From Propionibacteriales bacterium (GTDB lineage Bacteria; Actinomycetota; Actinomycetes; Propionibacteriales; Nocardioidaceae), in NCBI GenBank assembly GCA_038242265.1, contig JBBSSH010000003.1:37750-101749 (forward strand): 64,000 nucleotides of DNA, written 5' to 3'. Shown here piece after piece: positions 49,135 through 59,081 of the stretch. Below the pieces are notes generated by a model. That model did no database searches. It had not been told where the DNA came from and saw only the letters and a program-made list of their open reading frames with translations. The position numbers and the translations under genes are program-made. Position 1 is the stretch's first letter; every line of letters begins with the position of its first letter.

Positions 49135-50109
49135 ATGGCAGTCCTCCCCCTCCCCGATGGAGTCGGTCGAGGCATCGACACGATTCTGGACCGTTCGGTC
49201 GCCCTCGGCTTCAGCAGGATCGGTCCGGCAATTCGCCGCCACCTGCCGGGTTGGCCGGCGGACCCCGCTCCGGATGCGCTGCGTGGGCACACCGTCGTGG
49301 TCAGCGGTGCGACCTCAGGCCTGGGTCTCGCCACCGCTCGCGGTGTGCTCGATCTGGGCGCACGGCTGGTCATGGTGGCCCGCAACAGCGAGAAGGCGGA
49401 GCGCGTGCGCGCGGAGTTGTCCCTCGAGTACCCGGATGCGCAGGTCGATGTGGTCCTGGCGGACCTGGCCGATCTCGACGACGTACGACGAGCCGCCGAT
49501 GACCTGGCGGACCTGGGACCACTGCATGCGATCGTGCACAACGCCGGACTGATGCCACCTGAGCGCTCGGAGTCTCCTCAGGGACACGAACTCTCCATGG
49601 CCGTGCATGTGTTGGGGCCGGTCCTGCTGACTGAGTTGTTGCGACCGGCCCTGATCGCCGGCGCACGGATCGTGCTGGTCACCTCCGGTGGGATGTACGC
49701 CCAGAAACTACGCGCCGACGACCCGGAATACACCATGGGCCGCTACTCCCCCACGACCGCCTACGCTCGCAGCAAACGCGCCCAGGTCGAACTACTGCCG
49801 CTGCTCGGTGAGCGATGGGGTACCGAGGTTCTTGTCTACGCCACCCATCCGGGCTGGGCGGACACACCTGGGGTCGTGGAGTCGTTGCCGACCTTCCGCA
49901 AGTTCGCCCGGCCGGTGCTGCGTGCGGCCGACGGAGGCGCCGAGACGACGGTATGGCTGACCGCCGTCAACCTTCCACCTCCGCCGGGTTCGCTGGTTCA
50001 TGACCGGCGCGTGCGACCCACCCACTACCGCGCGGCGACGCAACCGGAGAGTGGCGAGGTCGAACGGATGTGGCGCTGGGTGATGACGAGCACCGGGTTG
50101 GAGCAGTGA
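49135..50109 (+). CDS. Short-chain dehydrogenase/reductase (DHRS12-like)
   Basis: SGATSGLG, VHNAG, SSG-like TSGGMY, YARSK (YxxxK), HPGWADTPG. Confidence 0.9.
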   Translation: MAVLPLPDGVGRGIDTILDRSVALGFSRIGPAIRRHLPGWPADPAPDALRGHTVVVSGATSGLGLATARGVLDLGARLVMVARNSEKAERVRAELSLEYPDAQVDVVLADLADLDDVRRAADDLADLGPLHAIVHNAGLMPPERSESPQGHELSMAVHVLGPVLLTELLRPALIAGARIVLVTSGGMYAQKLRADDPEYTMGRYSPTTAYARSKRAQVELLPLLGERWGTEVLVYATHPGWADTPGVVESLPTFRKFARPVLRAADGGAETTVWLTAVNLPPPPGSLVHDRRVRPTHYRAATQPESGEVERMWRWVMTSTGLEQ

Positions 50110-51371
50110 AGGCTGCGGTGCATGACGTGGTGGTGATCGGCGCGGGTCTGGCTGGCCTCCAGTGCGCCCGCGAACTGACTCGCGCCGGTGTGTGCCCGGT
50201 CGTCCTGGAGGCGACCGATCGGGTGGGCGGGCGTCAGCGCACCGACTCGGTGGACGGTTTTCTCCTCGACCGGGGGTTCCAGGTGATCAATCCTGCCTAC
50301 CCTGCGTTGCGTCGAGCCGTGGATCTGAGTGTCCTCGATCTGCATCCTTTCGGAGCAGGAATTGTCGTTCGCAACGGTCGGGGACTGACCACTCTGGCTC
50401 ACCCGTTGCGTGCACCACGACACCTTCCGGACCTGCTGCTCAGTGGCTACGTGACGCCGCGCTCCGCCGTGGCGCTACTACGCTGGCTCGGTCCGGTGCT
50501 CGTCGCTCCCGGTCGGGTGGTTCGAGGCCCCGATCGGCAGCTCGGCGAGGCTCTTGACCGTGCTGGGGTGAAAGGCCCTGTTCGCCGGGTGCTGGAGACC
50601 TTCCTGGCTGGGGTGCTGATCGATGACACCTGCACCACCTCCGACGCGTTCGCCCGGCTGCTCGTCCGGATGTTTGCGCTCGGGGTTCCGGGATTGCCTC
50701 CGGGCGGGGTTCAGATGCTGCCGCTACAACTTTCCCTCGGTCTTGACGACATCCGTCTCACCCAGCCGGTGGACAGTGTCGAGCGCTCTGGCGGGCACTA
50801 CTCGGTGAATACCTCTGGCGGGGCGTTGACGGCACGTCACGTGGTGGTGGCCGTTTCGCCCGAGAAGATCGCGAGCCTCACCTCACTCACTCCCCCGCCC
50901 ATGCACGGACTCGTGACCTGGTGGTTCTCCGCACCCTCATCTCCCACCAGATCAACGATGCTGCACATCGATGACAGGCGTGGCCACCGTGCTCGCGGCG
51001 GTGTGGTGAACACCGCCGTGGTGAGCAATGCGGTGCCCTCGTATGCCCCGGCCGGCGGCACTCTCGTACAGGCCACCACACTCATCGATGAGAAGGGAAC
51101 GGCGCTGCCCGAGGCGGACGTACGTCGTCAGGTCGCCTCGATCTTCGGATGCAACACCTCTGACTGGGAGGTGCTGGCACGTCACGAGATCCCCCACGCG
51201 CTACCCGCGCAGCTCAGCCCCCTTCGCTCCGCGCAGCCCCAGGTCGACGATGACGGCCTCATCGTGTGTGGCGATCACCGCGACACCGCATCCATCCAGG
51301 GAGCGTTGGTGAGCGGAGAACGGGCGGCCGGTGCCGTTCTTGCTGCGCTGGGTGTCGCGTCTCGTCCCTGA
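50106..51371 (+). CDS. FAD-dependent oxidoreductase (amine oxidase / protoporphyrinogen oxidase-like)
   Basis: VIGAGLAGL, LEATDRVGGR, DRGFQV, CGDH...SIQGALVSG.RAA. Confidence 0.88.
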   Translation: MKAAVHDVVVIGAGLAGLQCARELTRAGVCPVVLEATDRVGGRQRTDSVDGFLLDRGFQVINPAYPALRRAVDLSVLDLHPFGAGIVVRNGRGLTTLAHPLRAPRHLPDLLLSGYVTPRSAVALLRWLGPVLVAPGRVVRGPDRQLGEALDRAGVKGPVRRVLETFLAGVLIDDTCTTSDAFARLLVRMFALGVPGLPPGGVQMLPLQLSLGLDDIRLTQPVDSVERSGGHYSVNTSGGALTARHVVVAVSPEKIASLTSLTPPPMHGLVTWWFSAPSSPTRSTMLHIDDRRGHRARGGVVNTAVVSNAVPSYAPAGGTLVQATTLIDEKGTALPEADVRRQVASIFGCNTSDWEVLARHEIPHALPAQLSPLRSAQPQVDDDGLIVCGDHRDTASIQGALVSGERAAGAVLAALGVASRP

Positions 51372-51384
51372 GTCGCCTGCGGAA

Positions 51385-52479
51385 CTACGGTGAGCGAACC
51401 AACCCGAGCCACGACGCGAGAGCGTCGATCTCCGCATCGACGTCCGCGCGTCGACGCGCGGACCACGTACCGTCTTCGTGGACCGCATCCACGCCCAGCA
51501 CGTCATTCTCATGGTCTGCGGTGGCGTCGACCTTCCCGATGAGTCGGTCTCCGTGCAGGATCGGCATCGCCCAGTAGCCCCAGCGGCGCGATGCGGCAGG
51601 CTTGTACATCTCGAGTTGGAAATCGAATTCGAAGAGCTGTTCCATCCGTACCCGGTCGAAGATCAACCGATCGAGAGGGGACAGGAGCGCTGTGCGGCCC
51701 TCGAAGTCGTCGGTGAGCCGGGTCGGGTCGACACGCCAGACCCCACGGACGCCCTGCACCGTGGCCGGTTCCCCCACATCCCGAACGTCGTAGGGTTCGT
51801 GCCACGCCTCGACCGCGCGGGTTCTGGCAATCCCCAGGGCTCGCAGACGTCGCTCCGCCAGAATGCGGTGCGCGACCTTGGCCGGCACCGCCGCATCTCC
51901 GGGATGGATCCTTTCCGCGAGATCCCAGCGTCGTTCGCGGCCCTCACGTGAGGAGACCGCCACCTCTCCCCTGGCCTCCATGCACTCGAGGAGCTTCACC
52001 ACGTTCTTGTTGTTGGTCCAACCCCTCGAGTGCCACGGGACATCGCAGGTGTCCGGCAGATCACGAGCCGGCGTAGGCCCGTCGGCACGTAGGCGCGCGA
52101 GGATGCCGAGACGACACCCTTCGTTGGCAGCGACCCAGTTGCGGACGGATTCCTGGGACTCGGTCGTCGGCGCAGGCCCCGGCCACACGTCCATGTCGGC
52201 CTGGAGGAGCGCAATGTCCTCACTGGGGCGCAGTCTCGACTGCAGTTCGACGACAGCGCCGTCACCGATGAGCGTTTCGAGGTGCCCAGGCGTGTAAAGC
52301 GCACCCAGCCGGGTCCACAGCGCCAGATCAGCGTGGTGCGCCACCACGCGAGTGAGATCCACCTGGAGGAACCCGAGATGGCGGATCGTCGTCATGGTGT
52401 CGGCCGGTCGCCGGGCACCGAGGAGTTGAGCTCCGACGGCGATGCGTCTGGCCTGCTCACGACTCAGCACGTGAGTCAC
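51385..52479 (-). CDS. YcaQ/AlkZ-like DNA crosslink glycosylase (HTH_42)
   Basis: LGFLQVD (QxD catalytic motif), LLSPLDRLI.DR, EMYKPA..RRWGYW.MPILHGD...G.VD; GTGA-coupled to czcD. Confidence 0.88.
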   Translation of the reverse strand: MTHVLSREQARRIAVGAQLLGARRPADTMTTIRHLGFLQVDLTRVVAHHADLALWTRLGALYTPGHLETLIGDGAVVELQSRLRPSEDIALLQADMDVWPGPAPTTESQESVRNWVAANEGCRLGILARLRADGPTPARDLPDTCDVPWHSRGWTNNKNVVKLLECMEARGEVAVSSREGRERRWDLAERIHPGDAAVPAKVAHRILAERRLRALGIARTRAVEAWHEPYDVRDVGEPATVQGVRGVWRVDPTRLTDDFEGRTALLSPLDRLIFDRVRMEQLFEFDFQLEMYKPAASRRWGYWAMPILHGDRLIGKVDATADHENDVLGVDAVHEDGTWSARRRADVDAEIDALASWLGLVRSP

Positions 52480-53378
52480 CACGACAGTTCTTGGCATCCC
52501 TTGGCATCGGTCTCGACCTGGACCGTGGCATGGTCGATGCCGTGGCGCTCGAGCAGTAGTGCGCGTGCCCCGGCGAGGATCTCCTCCCGATCGGCCGCTG
52601 GTTCTGCCACCAGATGAGCGGTGGCGACGTTCATGCCGGACGTCAGTGTCCACAGGTGCAGGTCATGCACGTCGGCAACGCCGACGAGAGATTCCAGATC
52701 AGCGGCCACCACGTCAGGTTCGACCCCGGCGGGGGCGTGCTGGCCGAGGACTGCCAGCACCTCCCGGCCCAGCATGAGAGCCCGCACCGCGACGAACAGC
52801 GCGATTGCCACTGCGACCGCGGTGTCCCACCCGCCGTAGCCAGTCAGCAACACGAGTGCACCGGCAGCCATGACCCCCACCGAACCGAGGCTGTCGGCCA
52901 CCACCTCGAGGTAGGCACCCTTGACCACGAGGCTGTCGGATGCGCCCCCTCGCAGGAGCACCAGGCAGATCAGGTTGATCGCGAGCCCGATCCCGCCGAC
53001 CACCAGCATCGGTCCGGTGGCTGGCTCGACGTCGGTGCCGATACGTCCGATGGCCTCGATGAAGACGTACACCGCTGCACCGACCATGAGCAGAACGGTG
53101 AAGCCGGAGGCGAAGACCTCGGCGCGGTAGGAGCCGTAGGTGCGTCGGCCGGTGGTGTCCGAACGGGTGGCAATGCGGGTCGCAGCGAGCGCAGCCCCCA
53201 GGGCCACCACGTCTGCAGCCATGTGTCCGGCATCGGAGAGCAGCGCCAACGATCCGGACCAGATCCCGGTCGCCAGTTCGACAAGAAAGAATGAGCCCAC
53301 GAGGGCGAACGCCAGAGCGAGACGCCAGCGGTGGCGTGTTCCGGCGTGTGCGTGTCCGTGCCCGTGTCCAGCGCCCAT
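52476..53378 (-). CDS. czcD: Cation diffusion facilitator (Zn/Co/Cd exporter)
   Basis: His-rich N-terminus GHGHGHAH, LSDAGHMAAD, HVVAD-like EVVADSLGS, VHDLHLW, HATVQVE. Confidence 0.9.
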   Translation of the reverse strand: MGAGHGHGHAHAGTRHRWRLALAFALVGSFFLVELATGIWSGSLALLSDAGHMAADVVALGAALAATRIATRSDTTGRRTYGSYRAEVFASGFTVLLMVGAAVYVFIEAIGRIGTDVEPATGPMLVVGGIGLAINLICLVLLRGGASDSLVVKGAYLEVVADSLGSVGVMAAGALVLLTGYGGWDTAVAVAIALFVAVRALMLGREVLAVLGQHAPAGVEPDVVAADLESLVGVADVHDLHLWTLTSGMNVATAHLVAEPAADREEILAGARALLLERHGIDHATVQVETDAKGCQELSW

Positions 53379-53545
53379 GTGGTGAGCCTAGGACAGAGCC
53401 GATGGGCTATCGGGCATGACCCGTTCTGACCATTCGCCCTGGTGGGACGAGGACGATTGTGCTGTTCCAGTCCCTGTCCGGCTCCGACGTGGCACTGTCA
53501 AGAGGACAGTCAACAGGTAGCACCGAAGAATCTGGAGCAGCACAC

Positions 53546-53686
53546 ATGTGGGACACCGTCGTCACCACCTCGATGCCAGTGGCGCACGACCGGCCCTGCG
53601 CAGGATGCGGACACGCGCGTCACACCTATCTCCCGTGCTCCGACTCCTGCACGTGCGTGCAGGGCCGGTCGACGTCCGCGGTCTGA
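53546..53686 (+). CDS. Small Cys/His-rich protein (46 aa)
   Basis: GGAG SD before ATG; motif CxxCxHxxHx4Cx3CxC. Confidence 0.6.
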   Translation: MWDTVVTTSMPVAHDRPCAGCGHARHTYLPCSDSCTCVQGRSTSAV

Positions 53687-53687
53687 T

Positions 53688-54704
53688 TCAGGGCTCCAGC
53701 AGCACCTTGATGGCACGGCGCTCGTCCATGGCGCGATAGGCCTCGGGCGACTCAGCCATCGGCAGGGTGAGATCGAAGACCTTCCCGGGATCGATCGCTC
53801 CGGACAGGACCCGCTCGAGCAGGTCGGGAAGGTAGCGGCGTACGGGCGCCATGCCACCGGCCAGTCCGACGTTCTTCTGGAACATCCGGCGTACCGGGAG
53901 TTCGACTCCATGGGGTACGCCGACGAAGCCGACCATGGAGCCTGGCCGCGCCACGGCGAAGGCGGTCTTCATCGACTGGTCGGTCCCGACACATTCGAGC
54001 ACCGCGTCAGCACCGATGCCGGCAGTGAGTTCGGCGATCCTTGCGCCGCCCTCCTTCCCGCGCTCGGCCACGATGTCCGTGGCGCCGAAGGCCCGGGCGA
54101 TCGCCTGGCGAGGCTCGTGACGAGACATCGCGATGACCCGCTCCGCGCCGAGTTGAGCCGCGGCCAACACCCCGCAGAGCCCCACCGCGCCATCCCCGAT
54201 GACCACCGCAGTACCGCCCTTGCGCACTCCCGCTGCAATGGCAGCGTGCCAGCCGGTGGCCATCACGTCGGACAGGGCCAACAGGGAGGGAATCATCGAA
54301 GCATCCGGCATCCCATCGGTCTTGACGAGGCTGCCGTCGGCCTGGGTCACCCGCGCATACTCGCCCTGACCACTCGTCGTGAAGCCGAGGTGGTCGCAGA
54401 CCGACTGCACGCCGGCAACGCAGTGCGGACACGTGTTGTCGCAGTGACAGAAGGGCACGATCACGAAGTCACCGGGGCTGAAGTCCTTGACGTCCGCACC
54501 GATCTCCTCGATCACACCGACGCATTCGTGGCCGATGGTCGAGCCGGCGTCGATGTCGTTGTGGCCGCGGTAGGGCCACAGATCAGATCCGCACACGCAC
54601 CCGGCCACCACCTTCACGATGGCATCGGTGGTCTCCTCGATCCTCGGATCGGGGACCTCCTCGAAGCGGATGTCTCCGGGCGCATGGATCGTCGTTGCTC
54701 GCAT
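53688..54704 (-). CDS. Zinc-dependent alcohol dehydrogenase family (MDR)
   Basis: CVCGSDLW, GHE, structural Zn Cys cluster, GDGAVG, LECVG. Confidence 0.92.
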   Translation of the reverse strand: MRATTIHAPGDIRFEEVPDPRIEETTDAIVKVVAGCVCGSDLWPYRGHNDIDAGSTIGHECVGVIEEIGADVKDFSPGDFVIVPFCHCDNTCPHCVAGVQSVCDHLGFTTSGQGEYARVTQADGSLVKTDGMPDASMIPSLLALSDVMATGWHAAIAAGVRKGGTAVVIGDGAVGLCGVLAAAQLGAERVIAMSRHEPRQAIARAFGATDIVAERGKEGGARIAELTAGIGADAVLECVGTDQSMKTAFAVARPGSMVGFVGVPHGVELPVRRMFQKNVGLAGGMAPVRRYLPDLLERVLSGAIDPGKVFDLTLPMAESPEAYRAMDERRAIKVLLEP

Positions 54705-54831
54705 GTCCTCATGTTGCCATGCCGGGATGATCGCGACCCCGCGTGGCGGTAAGCGTGACGGCTGCATCGCCGAGGGCATCAAGAAACTGCGGGTGTCCCC
54801 GAACCCGGCGGCCCGACACCTGCACATGGTC

Positions 54832-54851
54832 GTATCTCATATCTGAGATAC
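54832..54851. promoter_or_regulatory. Perfect palindrome GTATCTCA-tatc-TGAGATAC (candidate operator)
   Basis: AT-rich 8+4+8 dyad ending 10 nt before ATG 54862 of the HTH-MurA gene. Confidence 0.7.
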
Positions 54852-54861
54852 CGTGGCCCGC

Positions 54862-56385
54862 ATGGCTGACTACAAGGGCCGGATCGGCAACTTGATCCGT
54901 GACGCACGCAAGCACCGAGGTCTCACGCAGCACCAACTTGCCGAGCTGCTGGGAACCAGTCAGAGCGCCATCAACCGCATCGAGAAGGGGCACCAGAATC
55001 TCTCCCTGGAGATGCTGGCCCGTATCGGTGCTGCTCTCGACTCCGAGATAGTGGCCCTCGGTGCCGGCCCGACCCATCTGCGCGTGGACGGGCCCACCAC
55101 ACTTTCCGGGTCGATCGACGTGAAGACTTCGAAGAACGCCGGGGTCGCTCTCCTGTGTGCGTGCCTGCTCAACAAGGGCCGGACGACCCTGCGCAAGGTG
55201 GCCCGGATCGAGGAGGTCAATCGCCTGCTCGAGGTGCTCCACTCGTTGGGCGTGACCACCCGCTGGATCGGCGACGAGAACGACCTCGAGATCACGCCGC
55301 CGGCGGTGCTCGACCTTGCCAACATCAACGAGGAAGCAGCCCGCCGCACCCGCTCGGTGATCATGTTCCTGGGTCCCCTGCTGCACCACAGCGCCAGTTT
55401 CGACCTGCCCTACGCGGGTGGCTGCAACCTCGGTACCCGGACGATCCAGCCGCTGATGGCAGCGCTGCGCCCCTTCGGCCTCGAGGTCAAGGCGACGGAG
55501 GGCCACTACCACGCCACAGTCGATCGCTCGGTCGCGCCGACTCGACCGATCGTGCTCACCGAGCGCAGCGACACCGGCACCGAAACGGCGCTGATGGCCG
55601 CTGCCCTCCATCCGGGAAGCACCCTCATCCGTAACGCTTCGTCCAACTACATGGTCCAGGACCTCTGCTTCTATCTCCAGAAGCTCGGGGTCCAGATCGA
55701 GGGGGTCGGCAGCACCACGCTGCGGGTCACCGGGTGTGAGTCGATCGACGTCGACGTCGACTACTCGCCTTCCGAGGACCCGATCGAAGCCATGTCTCTC
55801 CTCACTGCGGCTATCGTCACCGCCTCGGAGATCACCGTTCGCCGGGCGCCGATCGAGTTCCTCGAGATCGAGCTCGCGACCCTGGAGGAGATGGGGTTTC
55901 GCTACGACCGTTCGGAGGAGTACGTCGCGGCCAACGGTCACACCAGGTTGGTCGACCTCACCACGTACCCGAGTCAGTTGAAGGCCCCACTCGACAAGAT
56001 TCACCCGATGCCGTTTCCAGGTCTCAACCTCGACAACCTGCCCTTCTTCGCAGCCATCGCCGCGGTGGCCCAGGGACAGACGCTGCTGCACGACTGGGTC
56101 TATGAGAACCGGGCGATCTATCTCACCGAGCTGACCAAACTTGGCGCCCAGGTCAAACTGCTCGACCCGCACCGGGTGATGATCGAGGGACCGACCCATT
56201 TCTCCGGCGCCGAGATCGTCTGTCCGCCCGCACTACGACCTGCAGTCGTGATCCTGCTGTGCATGCTGGCGTCCAAGGGCACCTCGGTGCTGCGCTCGAC
56301 CTACGTCATCCACCGCGGATACGAGGACCTTGCCGAGCGTCTCAACCAACTCGGCGCCAACATCGAGACCTTCCGCGACATCTGA
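54862..56385 (+). CDS. XRE/HTH_3 domain fused to UDP-N-acetylglucosamine 1-carboxyvinyltransferase (MurA-like)
   Basis: IRDARKHRGLTQHQLAELLGTSQSAINRIEKG followed by SKNA, GGCNLGTR, PFPGLN.D, YENR, IHRGYE. Confidence 0.9.
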   Translation: MADYKGRIGNLIRDARKHRGLTQHQLAELLGTSQSAINRIEKGHQNLSLEMLARIGAALDSEIVALGAGPTHLRVDGPTTLSGSIDVKTSKNAGVALLCACLLNKGRTTLRKVARIEEVNRLLEVLHSLGVTTRWIGDENDLEITPPAVLDLANINEEAARRTRSVIMFLGPLLHHSASFDLPYAGGCNLGTRTIQPLMAALRPFGLEVKATEGHYHATVDRSVAPTRPIVLTERSDTGTETALMAAALHPGSTLIRNASSNYMVQDLCFYLQKLGVQIEGVGSTTLRVTGCESIDVDVDYSPSEDPIEAMSLLTAAIVTASEITVRRAPIEFLEIELATLEEMGFRYDRSEEYVAANGHTRLVDLTTYPSQLKAPLDKIHPMPFPGLNLDNLPFFAAIAAVAQGQTLLHDWVYENRAIYLTELTKLGAQVKLLDPHRVMIEGPTHFSGAEIVCPPALRPAVVILLCMLASKGTSVLRSTYVIHRGYEDLAERLNQLGANIETFRDI

Positions 56386-56402
56386 GCCCGTCTTGGCGAG
56401 GG

Positions 56403-56663
56403 TCAGTGGAACAACGTCTCCACCCACGCCTGCGACTGGTGAGGAGTCGCAGGCGGCGCCGTCATGTCGGCCGTGATGCGCGGCAACGGTGCGGTGTGCT
56501 GACCGGTGTTGCGGTGCCAGTCGTTCTCCGCTTCGATCAACGTCCCCAGCTCTGCACGCGAGAGGAAGACACCGTGCCCGTCGGGGCACTGGCTCACTGT
56601 GGCGAGGCCAAGGGTGCGTTCCACCATCTCGGCGTGGCATCGGGGACAAGGCACGCTTTCCAT
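56403..56663 (-). CDS. zf-TFIIB-type zinc-ribbon protein
   Basis: CPRCHAEM...QCPDGHGVFL.R.EL..L.EAE. Confidence 0.8.
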   Translation of the reverse strand: MESVPCPRCHAEMVERTLGLATVSQCPDGHGVFLSRAELGTLIEAENDWHRNTGQHTAPLPRITADMTAPPATPHQSQAWVETLFH

Positions 56664-56730
56664 GTCTCAAAGATACTCCTCATGGCGCTTCTCCTCCACG
56701 ACCAGCGCCATCCATGTCCATACTTCTCCC

Positions 56731-57525
56731 GTGACCTCGTACCCGTATCTCGAGACGCCGCGACCCATCGCCTTCGCACACCGCGGTGGCGTCTACCATC
56801 CGGAGATTGAGGGCCTGGAGAACACCGTGGCCGCCTTCAGACACGCTGTGGCTCTCGGATACACCTACCTCGAGACGGACGTCCACGTCACGAGTGACGG
56901 CGTACTACTCGCCTTCCACGACGACATCCTCGACCGGGTCACGGACCGGACCGGCAAAATTTCGGAGACCACCTTCGAAGAGGTACGTCGTGCGTTGATC
57001 GGTGGCCGTGAGCCGGTCCCGACCCTCGCTGAGCTGTTCGACTCCTTCCCGGACGCGTGTTTCAACATCGACGTGAAGTCTGTGGGAGCGGTCGAGGCGC
57101 TGGTCCGTTTCATCGAGCAGCGTGATGTGTGGGACAGGTTCCTGATCGGCTCCTTCTCGGGTCCCCGGCTCAACGACTTCAGACGCCGTACGGCGGGCCG
57201 CGTGCCCACATCTGCCCACCCCCTGGAGGTGGCTGTCTTCGTCCTCTCCCCCAGTTGGCGCTTGGCGCGGCTGCTCACCCGCGGTAGACCACGCGCCCTT
57301 CAGATCCCGCACCGTAGGGGACCGTTGACGCTGGCTACTCGCTGGCTCGTCCGCCGGGCGCACGCTGCTGGGCTGCAGGTGCACGTGTGGACCATCGATG
57401 ATCCCGTAGAGATGAATACGTTGCTCGATCGTGGAGTTGACGGCATTATCACCGATCGCACGGACATACTCAGGGCCGTGCTCCGCGCCCGCGGACAATG
57501 GAACGGCCCGGAAGGTGACGCATGA
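56731..57525 (+). CDS. Glycerophosphodiester phosphodiesterase
   Basis: AFAHRGG, ENT..AF, YLETDVHVT.DG....FHD, FNIDVK, VHVWTID, GIITD. Confidence 0.93.
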   Translation: MTSYPYLETPRPIAFAHRGGVYHPEIEGLENTVAAFRHAVALGYTYLETDVHVTSDGVLLAFHDDILDRVTDRTGKISETTFEEVRRALIGGREPVPTLAELFDSFPDACFNIDVKSVGAVEALVRFIEQRDVWDRFLIGSFSGPRLNDFRRRTAGRVPTSAHPLEVAVFVLSPSWRLARLLTRGRPRALQIPHRRGPLTLATRWLVRRAHAAGLQVHVWTIDDPVEMNTLLDRGVDGIITDRTDILRAVLRARGQWNGPEGDA

Positions 57526-58880
57526 GCGAGACAGTTGAGGGGATCGCCAACCTGGAGCCGCTGGCGCAGGTCAAGGAGCAGAAGGCCTGGTACTGGTACG
57601 ACTGGGCCAACAGCGCCTACACGACCACGATCGGAACAGTCTTCTTCGGTCCCTACTTCATCAACCTGGCGAAGAACGCCGTGGGAGAGAGCGGTCGTTT
57701 CGACGTCGGTCCCTTTTCCATGCCCCCCGGCTCGCTCTTCTTCTGGCTGATCACCGCCTCGACGATCTTGTCTGCGCTGCTGCTCCCGCCACTGGGTGCG
57801 TACGCGGACCGCACTGCCAACAAGAAGGGGCTGTTGGCCTTCTTCGCGTGGACCGGCGCCGCCTTCGCTGCGCTGATCTTCTTCGCCACCGGGGACAACT
57901 GGCAGTTGGCGGCTGTCGGAATCGTGATCGGGAATCTGTGCTTCGGCGCCGCAGGGGTCATCAACGACTCGATTCTTCCTCTCATCTCGGACGAGGCCAA
58001 CCGCGACCGTGTCTCCTCCCGCGGCTGGGCGTTCGGCTACCTCGGCGGCGGACTGCTTCTGCTGGTGAACCTCGTGGTCTTCCTCGGACGCGATGCCATC
58101 GGGCTGGACGAGGGCCTGGCAGCGCGTCTGTGCATGCTCTCTGCAGCAGTGTGGTGGGCTGGTTTCACGATCATCCCGTTCCGTCGCCTTCGCAATCATC
58201 AGCCGGCTGATGTCGAGGAGGTCGAGGGGAATGTCATCGTGCGCAGTTTCGGACAACTCTTCATCACCCTGCGTGAGATGAAGCGCTATCCGATGGCGCT
58301 GACCTTCCTGTTGGCCTACCTGTTCTTCAACGATGGCATTCAGACCGTCATCGCGTCGGCATCGGTCTACGGGTCCGAGGAGTTGGGACACTCCCAGACC
58401 ATCCTGATCGCCACCATCTTGATGGTGCAGTTCGTTGCCTTCTTCGGAGCTCTGCTCTTCGGACGCCTGGCTGCTCGCCAGGGAGCCAAGAAGACCATCC
58501 TGATGGGTCTGGTCATCTGGATGATGATCGTGACCGTTGCCCTCTTCATGCCGGCCGGCAACGTGCCACTGTTCTTCGTTCTCGGTGCCGCGATCGGCAT
58601 CGTGCTGGGCGGCACTCAAGCCCTGGCTCGTTCCTACTTCTCACTGCTGATCCCTCGCGGCAAGGAAGCTGAGTACTTCAGCTTCTACCACGCGATGGAC
58701 CGTGGCACCTCCTGGTTCGGGACGGCCACCCTCGCCATCATGCTTTCCATCACCGGCTCCTACCGGCCCGCGATCTTCGCCCTGATCGTGTTCTTCGTGT
58801 TGGGCGGTCTGCTGCTGCTTCGCGTGGACACCGCGCGCGGTATCCGGGAGGCCGGCAACGAGGTGCCCGCCGTCATCTGA
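57522..58880 (+). CDS. MFS transporter (UMF1/Atg22-like)
   Basis: WYWYDWANSAY, VSSRGWAFGY, YLFFNDG.QT, GGTQALARS. Confidence 0.9.
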   Translation: MSETVEGIANLEPLAQVKEQKAWYWYDWANSAYTTTIGTVFFGPYFINLAKNAVGESGRFDVGPFSMPPGSLFFWLITASTILSALLLPPLGAYADRTANKKGLLAFFAWTGAAFAALIFFATGDNWQLAAVGIVIGNLCFGAAGVINDSILPLISDEANRDRVSSRGWAFGYLGGGLLLLVNLVVFLGRDAIGLDEGLAARLCMLSAAVWWAGFTIIPFRRLRNHQPADVEEVEGNVIVRSFGQLFITLREMKRYPMALTFLLAYLFFNDGIQTVIASASVYGSEELGHSQTILIATILMVQFVAFFGALLFGRLAARQGAKKTILMGLVIWMMIVTVALFMPAGNVPLFFVLGAAIGIVLGGTQALARSYFSLLIPRGKEAEYFSFYHAMDRGTSWFGTATLAIMLSITGSYRPAIFALIVFFVLGGLLLLRVDTARGIREAGNEVPAVI

Positions 58881-59081
58881 GGCCCTGTTCGGGTGACGTG
58901 CGCCACGTTCGACGGAGGATTTTTCAGCGCGAATCAGCGGAATTCGTGTTGCCCCGCTACGGTTGAAGCACTACATGAGACGGGGGCGCTGTCACCAGCG
59001 ACGCCGTAGGTCCTTGAACTGGACTCGTCTCACCGACACCCCTGCAACACGGGGGCAGAAACCTATCTGGAGGTGGGCAGG

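Noticed and set aside
54709-56199. 496-aa minus-strand ORF
   Set aside because: Shadow of the HTH-MurA gene.
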